In this document: positions 1 to 13,250 of the stretch, one piece after another
How the letters are laid out: each line of letters opens with the position of its first letter
Position numbering within the stretch: the stretch's first letter is position 1
Source: Mobula hypostoma
Taxonomy: Eukaryota
Length of the DNA: 64,000 nt
Assembly: GCF_963921235.1 (NCBI RefSeq)
Contig: NC_086109.1
Coordinates: forward strand, 7,566,001-7,630,000
Reading direction: 5' to 3'
Notes under the pieces: generated by a model
Database searches by the model: none
The model's input: the letters and a program-made list of their open reading frames with translations, nothing else
What the model was told of the DNA's origin: nothing
Made by a program: the position numbers and the translations under genes

Positions 1-1434
1 TCCCTCAATGTGACTCTATGACTCCCTAAGACTATCGGTATTTAAATAGAAATTGGATAATTACATAAAACAAATGGGAATATAAGCGGTACTGGAAGGA
101 TGAAGTAAGAATTCTAAATGAGGAATACAATCAGAATCAAATTTAATATCACTGACTTAAATTATGTGGAAATTTGTTGTTTTAAGGACAACAGCACAGT
201 TCAAAGTTCAAAGTAAATTTTATTATCGAAGTACATATATGTCACCATATACAACCTTGAGATTCATTTTCTTGTGGGCATACTCAATAGATCTATAGAA
301 TAATAACCGTAGCAGAATCAATGAAATATCACACCAACTAGGTAGTTCAACTGGAGCACAGAAGACAACAAACTGTGAAAATACAAAAAGAAGAAATAAT
401 TGTAATAAATAAATAAACAATAAATATTGAGAACGTGAGATGAAGAGTCCTTGAAAGAGATAAAATTACTGTAAGCAAAATTGAGAAGAAATAATTGAGG
501 TAATTTTTTGTGAGGAAGCATTTCAAACATTGCTTTCAGTTTTGATACAAGTGGTATCGTGGTCAACTGTAGATTTCTGCAGCATTCATGGACTCAGGGT
601 CTGGACTATATATATCTTTTTACACAGTTGTATCTTACTGATACCTTATAGCTGCTTGCTATTTTGCATGGGTCTAGGCCACAAGCCTCAGTGTCACTTG
701 TTTATAGCCACCAGGAGAGAGACATTGGAACCAGTGTGCTCCACTGGGGCCGGTGTGGCCTGGTGTCCAGGCTGGAATCAGTGCTGCCCCCCAGTGTTCA
801 CTCGGCAGAAGGCAAGCTGTCTTGTGGTCAACCGCAGGTTTCTCCAGCATTCACGGCTCGGGTCTGGACTATTTTTGTGTGTGCGGCTGTATCTTACTGA
901 TAACTTTATGCGATTGCTGTCTTGTATGTGCAATGCGTGCTTTGTGGTGTGTGTCCGTTGGTACTGTGTCTTGCATCTTGGCCCCGGAGTAAGGCTGTCT
1001 CGTTTGGTTGTATTCATGCATGGTTGAGGGACAATTAAACTTGGACTGAATTGGTCACCCTGACTAGGAAAGGTTCCATTGAGCTGGAAATAGTGCAGAG
1101 GAGATTTATAAGGATGTTGCTGTGACTCAAGGGAATGAGTTATTCTTATAAGAATAAAATAAATAATGCATAAAAGAAGAATTTCAAGGTAGCGTTTATG
1201 GGTTTGTGGCCTGTTCAGAAATCTGATGACGTGGAAAGATTTCCTGTTCCTGAGTCATTGAGTGAGGGTCTTCAGGCTCTTGTACCTGCTTCCAAACAAA
1301 AGCACCAGCTGCTTAGACTGAATCCTCCACTCCTTGGTTCTCCCACATTCCACGAACTGTGCTGATTTGTTTATGTACTTCAGAGATACAATGCAGAATA
1401 GGCTCTTCCAGTCCAATGAGCCACATTGCTCCAG

Positions 1435-1760
1435 ATCATCATCATTACGTGCCATGTTGTATGACGTGGGTGAACATAGCCTTTCCATGACTATGATTGT
1501 TCTTGGCAAATTTTTCTACAGAAGTGGTTTGCCATTGACTTCTTCTGGGCAATGGTGACCCCAGTCATTATCAATACTTTTCAGAGATTGTCTGCCTGGT
1601 GTCAGTGGTCACATAACCAGGAATTGTGATATGCACCAGCTGCTCGTATGACCATCCACCTCCTGCTCCCATGGCTTCACATGACCCTGATCAGGGGGCT
1701 AAGCAGGTGCTACAACTTGCCCAAGGGTGACCTGCAGGCTGGCAGAGACGTACCTCCACC
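1435..1760 (-). mobile_element. SINE-like element with RTE-type tail (family B); related copies at 8255-8630 (-) and 61322-61710 (+)
   Basis: Shared core TTCTTGGCAAATTTTTCTACAGAAGTGGTTTGCCATT and (TGA)n tail in three copies. Confidence 0.7.
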
Positions 1761-4700
1761 ATGCCACCCATCTAATCTAATCTCACCCAAAGGAAACCCA
1801 CGCGATCACGGGAAGGATATACAAACATCTTGCGGAGGACACCGGAACGGAACTCTGAACTCTGACACTCCGAGATGTAATAGCATTGTGACAACCACTA
1901 CACTATCATGGCGCCCCAATGCTAACCCTACGCTACCAGGTGCTGAAGGAAGAGAGGAATTTGGCTGGGACCATGACATATTATCTGGCAATAATTTGAG
2001 AGCAACATTACTAGTAGAAAAGGATCTTAATATGGAGCACCATGATCGTGACATAAATCAATTGCCTTCAGCATATAAAGGGCATTTCTGCCTCGAGCGT
2101 ATTTAATTAAACGTTGACAGTGACTTATTCATCGAATTGTGAAGGAATGGTAGCCTCCAGGGTTTAATTTCATAAAAATGATGGCAGAGGAATTGGAAGC
2201 AGATAGGGCAGAAAATACAGAATAAATAAAAATGGGGTGGTTAAGTAAAGGGCCTTGAGAATCTGTCAGACTGTGAAAGATTTATAATAATTGGAAAGGG
2301 GAATCCAATGTAACCCAGCACATTGTGGTATCCCCAATGCATAGAAATGTCCAAATTAGAGTGATTGATCGAGAAGGATTTTAGTTCTCTGGCATTGCAT
2401 GGAACTATAATTCACTGGTGACATTTTTCAACGGATTAATATTTTAATCCTGCTGATGTGCTTTCAGTTTCGTCCAGGTAAAGCTATCTCTTTTGACTTA
2501 CAGATAAAGCTGGCCGCCCTTGAAGTTTTCATCACCAAAGCAGTTGGCTTCTAATTTTGCACTTGGCATTGAGTTGGCGGACAAATCTGCCTTGCTTTCT
2601 GACAGGGAAATATGAGAAGGGATAGTTGAGGTACATGGTTGATAAAACCTCTTTTGGAATCTTGTGTTCGGTTTTGGTCACCCTGCGATACAAAAGATGC
2701 CATTAAGCAGGAAAGCTGCTGCCAGCACTTGAGGGACTGAGTTTTGAGGAGAAGTTGAGATGGCTTGGCCTTTATTGAGGAGAATGAAAGGTTTATCATA
2801 TAGAGGTGTACAGTTTACTTCTGGGATGTCTTCAGGGCGGACTCATGGCACAGCTCGATGGATACAATTAAATATTCACATTTCAGCCCGCTATAGCTGA
2901 GAATCATAACTGCATTCAAAGTCTGTACAGTTAATAAGGATGTTTTAAAAGTGCTTGAACAATCTCTCACTGCTTAAAACTGACAGAAACAATGTCAATT
3001 GTGGCTGTACTTCTTGTCAGACTCCTCGAAGGAAATGTGGCTGTTGCTTGAGGCTACAAGTGCGTTTTAGAAAACAGGGTTTCCGACACCCAATACTGAC
3101 TATATCGCTGGCAAATGTCCAGTCTCTAGTAAATAAAATTGGTGATCTCAGAGCCAGGGTGTTGTATCAGACCGCATTAGGACCGCATGCGTCCTCTGCC
3201 TCACAGAATCCTGATTAACACTTTCCGTACTGGACGCAGCGATTCAGATTGACGGGTTCACTATGCATCGTCAGGACAGGCCTGTCGCGTCTCTCAAAAG
3301 CAGAGATGGAGGTACATGCCTCATGATCAACTCCTCTTGATGAACAAGTGTATCAGTGCTTAATTCTGCTTACTAGGCCTGGATTATGTCGCAATTAAGT
3401 GTCGGCCATTTTGCCTGCTGCGGGAGATCTTGTCAATCATTTTGGTAGCAGGGTACATTCCACCTCAGGGCAATGTCGAACAGGGTCTAGATGATCTGAG
3501 CAATGTGATCAACATGCATGAAACAGCACACCCTGATGCCTTGATCATCATTTTGGAGGATTTTAACCAGGCCAACGTGAAAGAGTCACTAAATAATTAT
3601 CATCAACAAATCACTTGTAGTACCAGGGGAAACAACACACTGGACCTCTGTTACACCATCATCAAGAATGCCCACCAGTAGTGAGGACTGAGAAGGTTTG
3701 GACAAGGGAAGCACAAGAGCACTTACAGGACTGCTTTGAATCGGTGGATTGGACTGTATTCAGGAATTCATCTTTGAATCTGGATGTGAAATGCCACAGT
3801 TGTCACCGACTTCATTAAAACCTGTGTGGATGAGTGTGTGCCTCGGAAAACTTACTGTATATTCCCAAACCAAAAGCCGTGGATGAACCAGATCTGTGGT
3901 ACTTAAGTCCGTACAAGAAAACGAGGTATGACTTGTGGAGGGCTATCTCAAGAGTGAAGCACCAATTCCAAGTGTGGTTAGAGGGGACGTCAACTCTGGC
4001 AGGGTTTGCAGGACGTTACTTCCTGCAAAGCGAAACCCAATAGTATGAATCCCAACAATGCTTCACTACCAAGTGAGCTCAATGCCATCTATGCCCGCTT
4101 TGAAAGGGAGAATATAACTACAGCTATGAAGACCCCTGCTGCGTCCGGTGACCCTGTGACCTCAGGCTGTCTTTCAGGAGGGTGAACCCTTACAAGGTGG
4201 CAGCCCCAGCGGAGTTCCTGGTAAGACTCTGAAAACTTGTGCCAAACAGTTGATGGGAGTATTCAAGGACATTTTCAACCTTTCACTGCTATGGTTGGAA
4301 GTTCCCACCCGGTTCAAAGGGCAACAACCATACCAGTACCCTGAATGACTATCGTCCAGTAGCACTCATATCTATGGTGATGAAATGTTTTGAGAGGTTG
4401 GTCATGGCTAGAATCAACTCCTACCTCAGAAAGGACCTGGACCCACTGCAATTTGTCTATCCCAACAATAGATCTACGGCAAACGCAATCTCAATGGCTC
4501 TTCACTTGGCCTTAGATGACCTGGACAATACAAACGCCTATGTCAGGATGCCGTTCGTTGGCTATAGCTCAGTGTTTAACATCATTATTCCCACAGTTCT
4601 GATCGATAAGCTACAGAACCTGGACCTCTGTACCTCCCTCTGCAATTGGATCCTCAACTTCCTAACCAGAAAAGCACAGTCTGTTTGGATTGGTGATAAT

Positions 4701-5124
4701 ACATCCTCCTGGCTGACAATTAACACTGGCACAACTCATCGGTGTGTGACTTAGCCCACTGCTCTACTCTCTCTATACCCTTGACTGTGTGGCTAGGCGC
4801 AGCTTAAACACCATCTATAAATTTGCTGATGATACAACCATTGTTGATAGAATCTCACATGGAGGCGAGAGGGCATACAGGAGTGAGATATACCAGTTAG
4901 TGGAGGGGTGTCACAGCAACAACCTGCATTCAACGTCAATAAGACCAAAGAACTGATTGTAGATTTCCAGAAGGGTAAAACGAGGGAGCACGAACCAATC
5001 CTGATAGAGGGATCATAAGTGGAGACTGAGCAACTTCAAGTTCCCGGGTATCAAGATCTCTGAGGATCTAACCTAGTCTGAACTTATCAATGCAGCTATA
5101 AAGAAGACGAGACAGTGACTATAT

Positions 5125-5590
5125 ATCTTTTCAATTCTTTTTATTGTTATATTATACAGAAAAAATAACATGAGTACATTGAAGTAACAACACTTACAAT
5201 GTCTCAAAAAAGACATTATCTTAAAGATTGAAAAAAGATTTTGTGATAACAAAAAAAACCTACTAAGCAGAAAAGTGAGAAAAAAACCCCATTAAGTGTA
5301 CAACCCTGGAGCCATGCGTCATACAAAAAGCTTCTAAAAAATAAACATCAAACCGCCAGCAAGAAAAGAAAATATACTAAAAAATTTATAATTAGATCGT
5401 GGGAAAATTATATTAATTAGCCCAAATGATGATAGCAAGCAAATGAGCCTCATCTTTTCTCAAAATCAAATAAAGGTTCAAAGGTTCGACTTCTAATTTT
5501 CTCCAAACTAAGACATAGCATCACTTGAGAGAACCATTGTGACAAAGTGGGAGCTGATGTATCCTTCCGCTTCAACAAAATGGCTCTCCT
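5125..5590 (-). mobile_element. 5'-truncated L1-clade LINE 3' end with 15-bp TSD
   Basis: Exact duplication AGACAGTGACTATAT at 5110-5124 and 5591-5605. The minus strand encodes RRAILLKRKDTSAPTLSQWFSQVMLCLSLEKIR (L1 ORF2 C-terminus), followed by an AT-rich 3' UTR and A-rich tail. Confidence 0.85.
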
Positions 5591-5877
5591 AGACAGTGAC
5601 TATATTTCATTAGGAGTTTGAGGAGATTTGGTTTGTCAACTAAAACACTCGAAAACTTCTACAGGTGTACCATGGAGAGCATTCTGACAGGCTGCATCAC
5701 TCTCTGGTGTGGAGGGGGCTGGGGACTACTGCACAGGACCGAAAGAAGCTACAGAAAGTTGTAAAATTAGCCAGCTACATCTTGGGTACTAGCCTCCATA
5801 TTATTTAAAACATCTTCAAGGAGTAGTGCCTCCAGAAATCTGGCCCCCACCACCCAGGACATACCTTCTTCTCTTGT

Positions 5878-7530
5878 CAATGATTTAGATAGTGGAATTG
5901 ATGGCTTTGTGGCAGTTCGCCGATGATATAAAGATAGGGGGAGGGGTAGGTAGTGCTGAGGAAGCAATGTGATTGCAGTGGGACTTAGACAAATTGGAAG
6001 AATGGGCAAAAATGTGGCAGATGGAATACAGTGCTGGGAAATGAACAATAATGCATTTTAGCTAAAGGAACACTAGTGCAGATTATTATCTAAATGAGGA
6101 GAAAATTCAAACATCAGAGGTGCAAAGGGAATTAGGAGTTCTCGTGCAAAACTTCCAGAAAGTTAATTTACAGGTTGAGCCAGTCGTAAAGAAGACGAAT
6201 GCAATGTTGGCATTTATTTCAATGGGAATAGAATTTAAAAACAAGGAGATAATGCTGAAAAGCTTTATAAGACACTAGTCAGACCCGACAGAGGATTGTC
6301 AACAGTTTTGGGCCCTTTATCTCGGAAGGCATGTATTGTCATTGGAAAGAATTCAGAGGAGGTTAACGAGGATGGTTCTAGAATGAAGGGGTTAAGATAT
6401 GAGGAGAGTTTGGCAGTTTTGGGCCTGTACTCACTGGAATTTAGAAGAATGCGTTGGGATCTCATTGAAACTTACCGAATTAGATTATGAGGACACTCAG
6501 TCCTCGTTTATTGTCATTTAGTAATACATGCATTAAGAAATGATACAATGTTCCTCCAGTATAATATCACAGAAACACAAGACAGACCAAGACTAAAACT
6601 GACAAAAACCACATAATTATAACATATAGTTACAACAGTGCAACGCAATACTGTAATTTGATGAAGAGCAGACCATGGGCATGGTAAAAAAAAAAGTCTC
6701 AAAGTCTCAAAAGCCCGATAGCCCCATCATCTCACGCAGACGGTAGAAGGAAGAAAAACTCTCCCTGCCATGAACCTCCAGCGCCGCAAACTTGCCGATG
6801 CAGCATCCTGGAAGCACCCGACCACAGCCGACTCTGACTCCATCCGAAAACTTTGAGCCTCCGACCAGCCCTCTGACACCAAGCACCGAGCACCAGCGCT
6901 TCGACCCCGGCCCCGGCCGCCAAGCAACAGGCAACGCTGAGGATTTGGGGCCTTCCCCTCCGGAGATTCTCGATCACACAGTAGCAGCGGCAGCGAAACA
7001 GGCATTTCAGAAGTTTCACCAGATGTTCCTCCATGCTTTTCACGTCCGTCTCCATCAAATCAGGATTGTGCACAGCATCCTACGTGACAGATAACAGATA
7101 TTCATTCCGGAGTGGCTGCTGCGAGCTACGTCGCGCCGCCATCTTCTCTTCTCTTGAGAAGAATGTTGAAAGGACTAGATAAGGTGGATGTGGAGAGGAT
7201 GTTTTCTGCTGGGGGGCGGTATATCCAGAACTAGAGGGCACAGGCTCAAAATTGAGGGGCGACCTGGAGAACAGAATTAAGGAGGAATTTTTTTTAGCCA
7301 AAGACCGGTGAATCTGTGGAATGCTCTGCCACAAACTGCGGTGGAGGCCAAGTCCATGGGTATATTTAAGGCAGAAGTTGATAGATTCCGGACTGGTCGA
7401 GGCAACAAGGGATATGGTGAGAAGGTGGGTGTATGGGGTTGAGGGGGATCCAGGATCAGCCATGATGGAATGGCAGAGCGGACTCAATGGGCTGAATGGC
7501 CTAATTCTGCTCCTACGTCTTATGGTCTTG
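5878..7530 (+). mobile_element. 5'-truncated CR1 LINE (RT C-terminus + 3' UTR), split by a short element at 6481-7160
   Basis: FADD-like remnant, LEEWAKMWQMEY, LGLYSLEFRRMR.DLIETY, and a CR1 3' end with a TCTTATGG-type tail. Confidence 0.85.
6481..7160 (-). mobile_element. Non-autonomous GC-rich retroelement (family A, 5' AAGATGGCGGCG), copy 1
   Basis: Reverse complement aligns by eye with 31153-31820 and 33961-34637. It splits the CR1 sequence CCGAAT|GTTGAAAGG with GAAT duplicated, and has an AATAAA plus short-repeat tail. Confidence 0.8.
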
Positions 7531-8254
7531 GGGTCTTCTCATTGTTTCCGTCAGGAAGGAAGCCTAAAGGCATACACTCAGCGATTCAGAAACAACTTCT
7601 TCCCCTCTGCCATTCGATTCCTAAGTGGACATTGAACACATGAACACTACCTCACTTTTTTAATATTATTTCTGTTTTTGCACTATTTTTAATTAATCTA
7701 TTTAATATGAATATATACTTAATTTAATTGATTGATTTGTTTATTTTTCTATATTATCATGTATTGCATTTTACTGCTGCTGCTCAGTTAACAAATGGTG
7801 AGGGGCATAGGCAGAGTGAATGTACACAGACTCCTTCTCAGGATTGGTGAATTGAGAACTAGAGGTCAAAGGTTTAGGGTCAGAGGGGAGTGATTTAATG
7901 AGGACCTGAAGAGCAACTATTTCGGTATTAGTCTGCGGTTGAAATGAAGACTAATGCTTGTGATATTATTGTGTTATAATCCTGAGTAGAATGGATGTGC
8001 AGAAAGCAAACAGCAATTCAGCCTGTTTCTGAGATAAAAGTGATAGATTAACTTGTCCTTCTTTCATGGAGGGGCCTCTGTTGATCAATGCAGAACAAGA
8101 TTTGCTTTACACTGGGAAGACCAAAGAGAGATTGGGTGATAATTTTATTTATGCTCTTTGCTCAGTCTGCAAGCTTGAATGCAAGTTTCCAATGGCTTGG
8201 CAGGTTAAGTGCCTCCTCCACTACTCCTGTGCCATCCACACCTCAACTCCTATC

Positions 8255-8630
8255 ATCATATGTGCCGTGTCGTATGACCTGGGCGATCATGGTCTTTCCA
8301 TGATCATGATTGTTCTGGGCAAATTTTTCTACAGAAGTGGTTTGCCATTGACTTCTTCTGGGTGGTGTCTTTACAAGATGAGTGACCCCAACCATTATCA
8401 ATACTCTTCAAAGATTCTCTGCCTGGCGTCGGTGGTTGTCTAATCAGGATTTGTGATGTGCACCGGCTGCTCATACGACCATCCACCAGCTACTCCCATG
8501 GGTTCACCTGACCCTGATCCGTGGGGGATAAGCAGGTGCTACACCTTGCCCAAGAATGACCTGCAGGTTAATGGAGGGAAGGAGAACCTTACACCTTCTT
8601 TGCTAGTGACGCATCTCAACCCCACCACCC
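8255..8630 (-). mobile_element. SINE-like family B copy inserted in a decayed PLE fragment
   Basis: Same core as 1435-1760. The flanks (8100-8225 and 8660-8730) carry degenerate GIY-YIG sequence (LLYTGKTKERLGDNF). Confidence 0.65.
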
Positions 8631-9294
8631 AACACTTTCCTATATGCTTCTCATGAAACCCATTGTTACCCCAGAGGACAACACCTCATCTTCCAACTGG
8701 AGACATGACAACCTTCTGTGCTCAAACTTAATTGAGTATGATAAAGATAAAGATGAACTTTATTTGTCACATGTACATTGAAACATTCAGTGAATGTTTG
8801 CGTCAATGACCAACACAGTTGAGGATGTGCTGTAGGCCGCCTTCCAGCACCAACATGGCATGCCCACAACTTTTCAACCCTAACCTGTACATCCTAATCC
8901 TGCAAATTTCTCCCCACCATTGAGGATATCTACATGAACCATTGTTGCAGGAAACCGGCATCCATCATTAGGGACCCCCACCACCCAAAGCATGCTCTCT
9001 TCTCATTGCTGCCATACAGGAGTCTTAGCCTCACACCACCAGGTTCAAGAACAGTCCTTACCCCTCAACCAATCAGGCTCCTGAACCAGAGGGAATAACT
9101 TCATTCAACTTCACTTCATCATTGAAATGTTCCCACAACCTACGTACTCATTTTCAAGGACTCTTCATCTCAGGTTCTCGATATCTATTGCTTATTTATT
9201 TATTACTTTTTTTTGTGTTTGCATAGTTTGTTGTCTTGAATGCCCAAGTTGGTGCGGTCTTTTCATTCATTCTGTTATGGTTATTTTTCTATTA

Positions 9295-9610
9295 GTGTGG
9301 GCACGTGGCCAAGTGGTTAAGGCATTGGACTGGCGACCTGAAGGTCGTGAGTTCGAGCCCCAGCCGAGGCAACGTGTTGTGTCCTTGAGCAAGGCACTTA
9401 ACCACACATTGCTCTGCGATGACACTGGTGCCAAGCTGTATGGGTCCTAATGCCTTTCCCTTAGACAACGTTGGTGTTGTGGAGAGGGGAGACTTGCAGC
9501 ATGGGCAACTGCTGGTCTTCCATACAACCTTGCCTAGGCCTGTGCCCTAGAGAGTGAAGACTTTCCAAGCGCAGATCCATGGTCTTGCAAGAGTAACGGA
9601 TGCCAAAGTG
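9295..9610 (+). mobile_element. tRNA-derived SINE with CORE-like central motif (family C), 10-bp TSD
   Basis: A-box TGGCCAAGTGG, B-box GTTCGAGCC, core GTGTCCTTGAGCAAGGCACTTAACC. TTTTCTATTA is duplicated at 9285-9294 and 9611-9620. Confidence 0.85.
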
Positions 9611-11406
9611 TTTTCTATTATAGATGTATTGAGTATGCCTGCAAGAAAATGAATCTCAGGGTTGTATATGGTGACATGTATGTACCTTGATAATAAATTT
9701 ACTTTGAATTTCGAACTTTGGAATGCTGGAAGAAACCAGAACGCATGGAGGAATCTAGTCGGGGGGAGAACATACAAACTCCTTACAGAGTGTTTATTGC
9801 ATGTATATAGCTCCTTTCCTTTATATCTGGCTGGTCATGTGAGATATAGACAAATTCCTGGGATTTGTCTGAAAGTCACATGACCAGCCTCCTCATCCCC
9901 GCAGATCAAACACTATTGATTCAATTGGTATTTTTTAAAGAACAATTTGATCACACTTTCATGACTTCAAAATCAATTTTCAGTTATTGATTCTCCAGTA
10001 TGTCCAGAGCCGCAGGATCTGGACTGATTCTACAAATGCAGCCATTCCAAATGTAAATAGAGGTTGGTCTGTGTGGGAGGTGGGAGGTAAAACAGAATGA
10101 ATAAATATCTCCGCTTTTGACGAACCATTGAATAAATAACACGAGTACAACAAAAGTTCAACAATATTTATTGTCCGTCCAGAATTCAAAACTCCAAGCA
10201 CTTATTGCTGTAGGTTGGTCAGTTAAAGGAACATGAACAAAATTTTTCCACACAGGTCACTGGTAGATGAACTGTGACTGTTTAATTTTTGTGTGCAGGT
10301 TCAGGGTTTGAATAAAACCCCAGAATTCTAAATGCAAAAGTCTTGGCAGACAGCACCAAAGGAATTTTCTGTTGTGGAGACATGTCTTGCAAGATGGTTG
10401 AAACACACCTGCAAGCTAAACTGGCTTTTGCACGTGTTGAAAACTTTGAATGTCTCTGAATGCCGTCAACGTTTGGAAACAGACTCAATAATCAGAATCA
10501 CATTATGTTATCACTGACCAATGTCATGAAATTTATTGTTTTGTGACAGCAGTACAGTGCAAGACATAAATATTCTATAAGTTACAATTTTAAAAAAATT
10601 GTGCAGAAGAGGAATACCAAGGTACTGCACATGGGCTCAAGGATTGTTCAGAAATCTGAAGGCAGAGGGGAAAAAGCAGCTCCTAAAACGTTGAATGTGG
10701 GTCTTCAGCCTCCTGTACCTCCCCCCTGATGGTAGTACTGAGAAGAGAGCACGCCCCAGATGGTGAGTGTCCTCGATAGATGCTATTTAATCGCTATTAA
10801 AGACAAAAGAAAACTGAATTCTAAAGATAATTCCAGAGCTTTGAGGGATGAGTACGATGCAAAACCAGCCTCTCCACCACGAAGTGTGTACACTTCCCAT
10901 TGCTTCGGGAGAGCAGCCTACAAGGACCATCTTCGGCCATCCTCTTTTTGGGAAGCCGGTAGAAAAGCTTGAGAGCATGTGCCACCAAGCTCAGAAACAG
11001 TTTCCATCCCACTGTTATCAGATTCTTAAACAGACCTCTCAGGTGCTAACACATGTACCCTTGACGTCACTACCGGGAGAGAGAAACAAAGCTGATGCTT
11101 TCATTTGAAATCTTTTGTTAGAATTAAAGCCAGACGATAAACCGACGAGATCTTATAACACATGCAAGTATCCCTCCCACCCCAGTCATTCTCACCCCAA
11201 CACCGTCCCATTAGGCAGAAGGTACAGGAGGTTGAGTGTGATACTCATGACCATGCTCAAGGAATACTGCTATTCAGCTGCTACAGGACTCTTGACTCTT
11301 ACACAATAAAGATAAACTTTTGATCTCTCAGCTTACCTTACCATGGTCCTTGCACTCTATATATCTACCCTCACCACACTTTCTCTGTAACCACAACACT
11401 CTAGGT

Positions 11407-11487
11407 GAGGGGTTCACAACCTTTTCTTATGCCTTGGATCAATACCATTAAGTCAGAGATCTGAAGATCCCAGGTTGGGAACCCCTG
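11407..11487. mobile_element. Short hAT/Charlie-like MITE
   Basis: Terminal inverted repeats (G)AGGGGTTCACAACC...GGTTGGGAACCCCTG. The 8-bp flanks CTCTAGGT / TTCTAGAC resemble the nTCTAGAn target. Confidence 0.6.
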
Positions 11488-11493
11488 TTCTAG

Positions 11494-12040
11494 ACTCAGT
11501 GGCCATTTTACTCGGTACACCTGTACACCTGCTCATTAATGCAAATATCTAATCAGCCAATCATGTGGCAGAAACTCAGTGCATAAAAGCATGCAGACAT
11601 GGTCAAGAGGTTCAGTTGTTGTTCAGACATACCAGAATGGGGAAGAAATGTGACATAAGTAATTTTAACTGTGGATTGATAGTTGGTGCCAGACAGGGTG
11701 GTTTGAGTATCTCGTAAGCTGTTGATCTCCTGGGATTTTCAGGCACAACAGTCTCTGGAGTTTATAGAGAGTGGTGTGAGAAACAAAAAAAAATGTCCAG
11801 TGAGCAGCAATTCTGTGGGGAAAAACACCTTGTTAATGGGAGAGGTCAGAGGAGAATGGCCAGATTGGTTCAAGCTGACAGGAAGTTGACAGTAACTCAA
11901 ATGACCACGTGTTACAACAGTAGTGTGCAGAAGAGCATCTCTGAATGTGACAACATGTCACAACTTGAAGCGGACGGGCTACAGCAGCAGAAGACCATGA
12001 ATACACACTCAGTGGCCACTTCATTGTAGCTTGGTACACG
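11494..12040 (+). mobile_element. Tc1/mariner-type transposon 5' part (terminus + transposase HTH N-terminus), truncated
   Basis: MGKKCDISNF..G.IVGARQGGLSIS..VDLLGFS..TVS.VYREW then SSEQQFCG.K.LV..RGQRRMARLVQADRK.TVTQ, the paired-like HTH of fish Tc1 transposases. No DDE region. Confidence 0.8.
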
Positions 12041-12176
12041 TGACCATAAATCAACACCACTAACAACACCTGGGAACGGGCATGGATTCAATGGACAGAA
12101 CGGCCTTCTTCTGCTTGGTTAGGTAAATGTAGTAGTAGACTGGAAGATTCAAGATTATTTAATGTCTTGTCTACTA

Positions 12177-12360
12177 GACGACACTGGTGCCAAGCTGTAT
12201 GGGTCCTAGTGCCCTTCCCTTGGACAACATCGGTGGCGTGGAGAGGGGAGACTTGCAGCAGGGGCAACTGCTGGTCTTCCATACAACCTTGCCCAGGCCT
12301 GCACCCTGGAAACCTTCCAAGGCACAAATCCATGGTCTCACAAGACTAACGGATGCCTAT
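12177..12360 (+). mobile_element. 5'-truncated family C SINE
   Basis: Matches the 3' half of 9295-9610. Flanked by TTGTCTA(C/G)TAGA. Confidence 0.8.
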
Positions 12361-12739
12361 TTGTCTAGTAGAACAAGTGTAAAGGAGAACGAAGTAATCA
12401 TTACTCCAGATCCAATGCAGTACAAAAAACACACGATGACAAAGACACAATAATATAAATACATAAGATAGCTTTTTCTATATAGATTGATTGTGTGTCC
12501 ATAAAGCGATGTTAGGCACAGGTGTATATAACATGACTGACAGGAAATGATAAGGTAGTGGTGGTTGGGGATGTGGAGGGGTGGGTTGGTGGGTGGAGGT
12601 GTTGATCAGCCTTACTACTTGGGGAAAGTAACTCTTTTTGAGTCTGGTGGTCCTGGCGTGGATGTTTACATAGCCTCCTCCCCTTGGGACCGTGAAATGT
12701 TCTGTGGGATGCGTACTCCCAGGAGTCGGAAACGACCCC

Positions 12740-13250
12740 TAGTTTCCACTGCTGTGCTGCCCACGTAAAGAGGGCTGTGAGTGGTGTGAGTTCTCCTGAA
12801 GTCAATTACCATCTGCTTTCTCTTGTCAACATTGAGGTGCCAGGCCTCAAGCTCTCCCACCCCCTCCCTGTAGGCCAGCTCATTGTTGTTGGTGATGAGC
12901 CCCGCCGCTGTAGTGTCACCGGTGAACTTGACAATCTGATTGCTCAGACGTTTCGACCTGCAGTCACGACTGAGCAGAGTATACACCAGTGGGCTCAGCA
13001 TACAGCCCCAGGGGGACACCCGTGTTGAGGCCGATGGGGAGAGAGGAGGGGTCGTGCATCCTGACTATCCGAGGTCTGTTGGTTCGGAAGTCCTACACCT
13101 AGATGCACAGTGGTGCATTTAGACTGAAGAGTCGGAATTTGTTTACCAAGGTCTTTGAGACGATACTGAACTTAAACCCAGGAACAGCATTCTGATGTAA
13201 TTGCCCTTGTTTTCTAGATGTGTCAGGACCAGGGTCATGACAGATATTGT
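12740..13250 (-). mobile_element. Rex1/Babar RT fragment
   Basis: P.GCMLSPLVYTL..DC...IVKFTGDTT..GLI..NNE.AYRE.V..L....LNV.K.KQMVIDFRR. Confidence 0.75.

Larger units (their letters stand above)
2820..7800 (+). mobile_element. Decayed near full-length Rex1/Babar-clade LINE (APE endonuclease + RT), interrupted by nested insertions
   Basis: ORF fragments: SLANVQSLVNKIGDLRARV (APE N-terminus), YIPPQ..DFNQAN..TRGNNTLDLCY (APE), [23 protein letters not shown] (RT), and KFADDTTIV near 4820. The 3' end (RFRNNFFPSAIRFL, ~7580-7620) resumes after the CR1 insertion. Many stops and frameshifts. Confidence 0.85.

Noticed and set aside
9298..9370. tRNA gene
   Set aside because: It is the tRNA-like head of a multi-copy SINE with core, tail and TSD.
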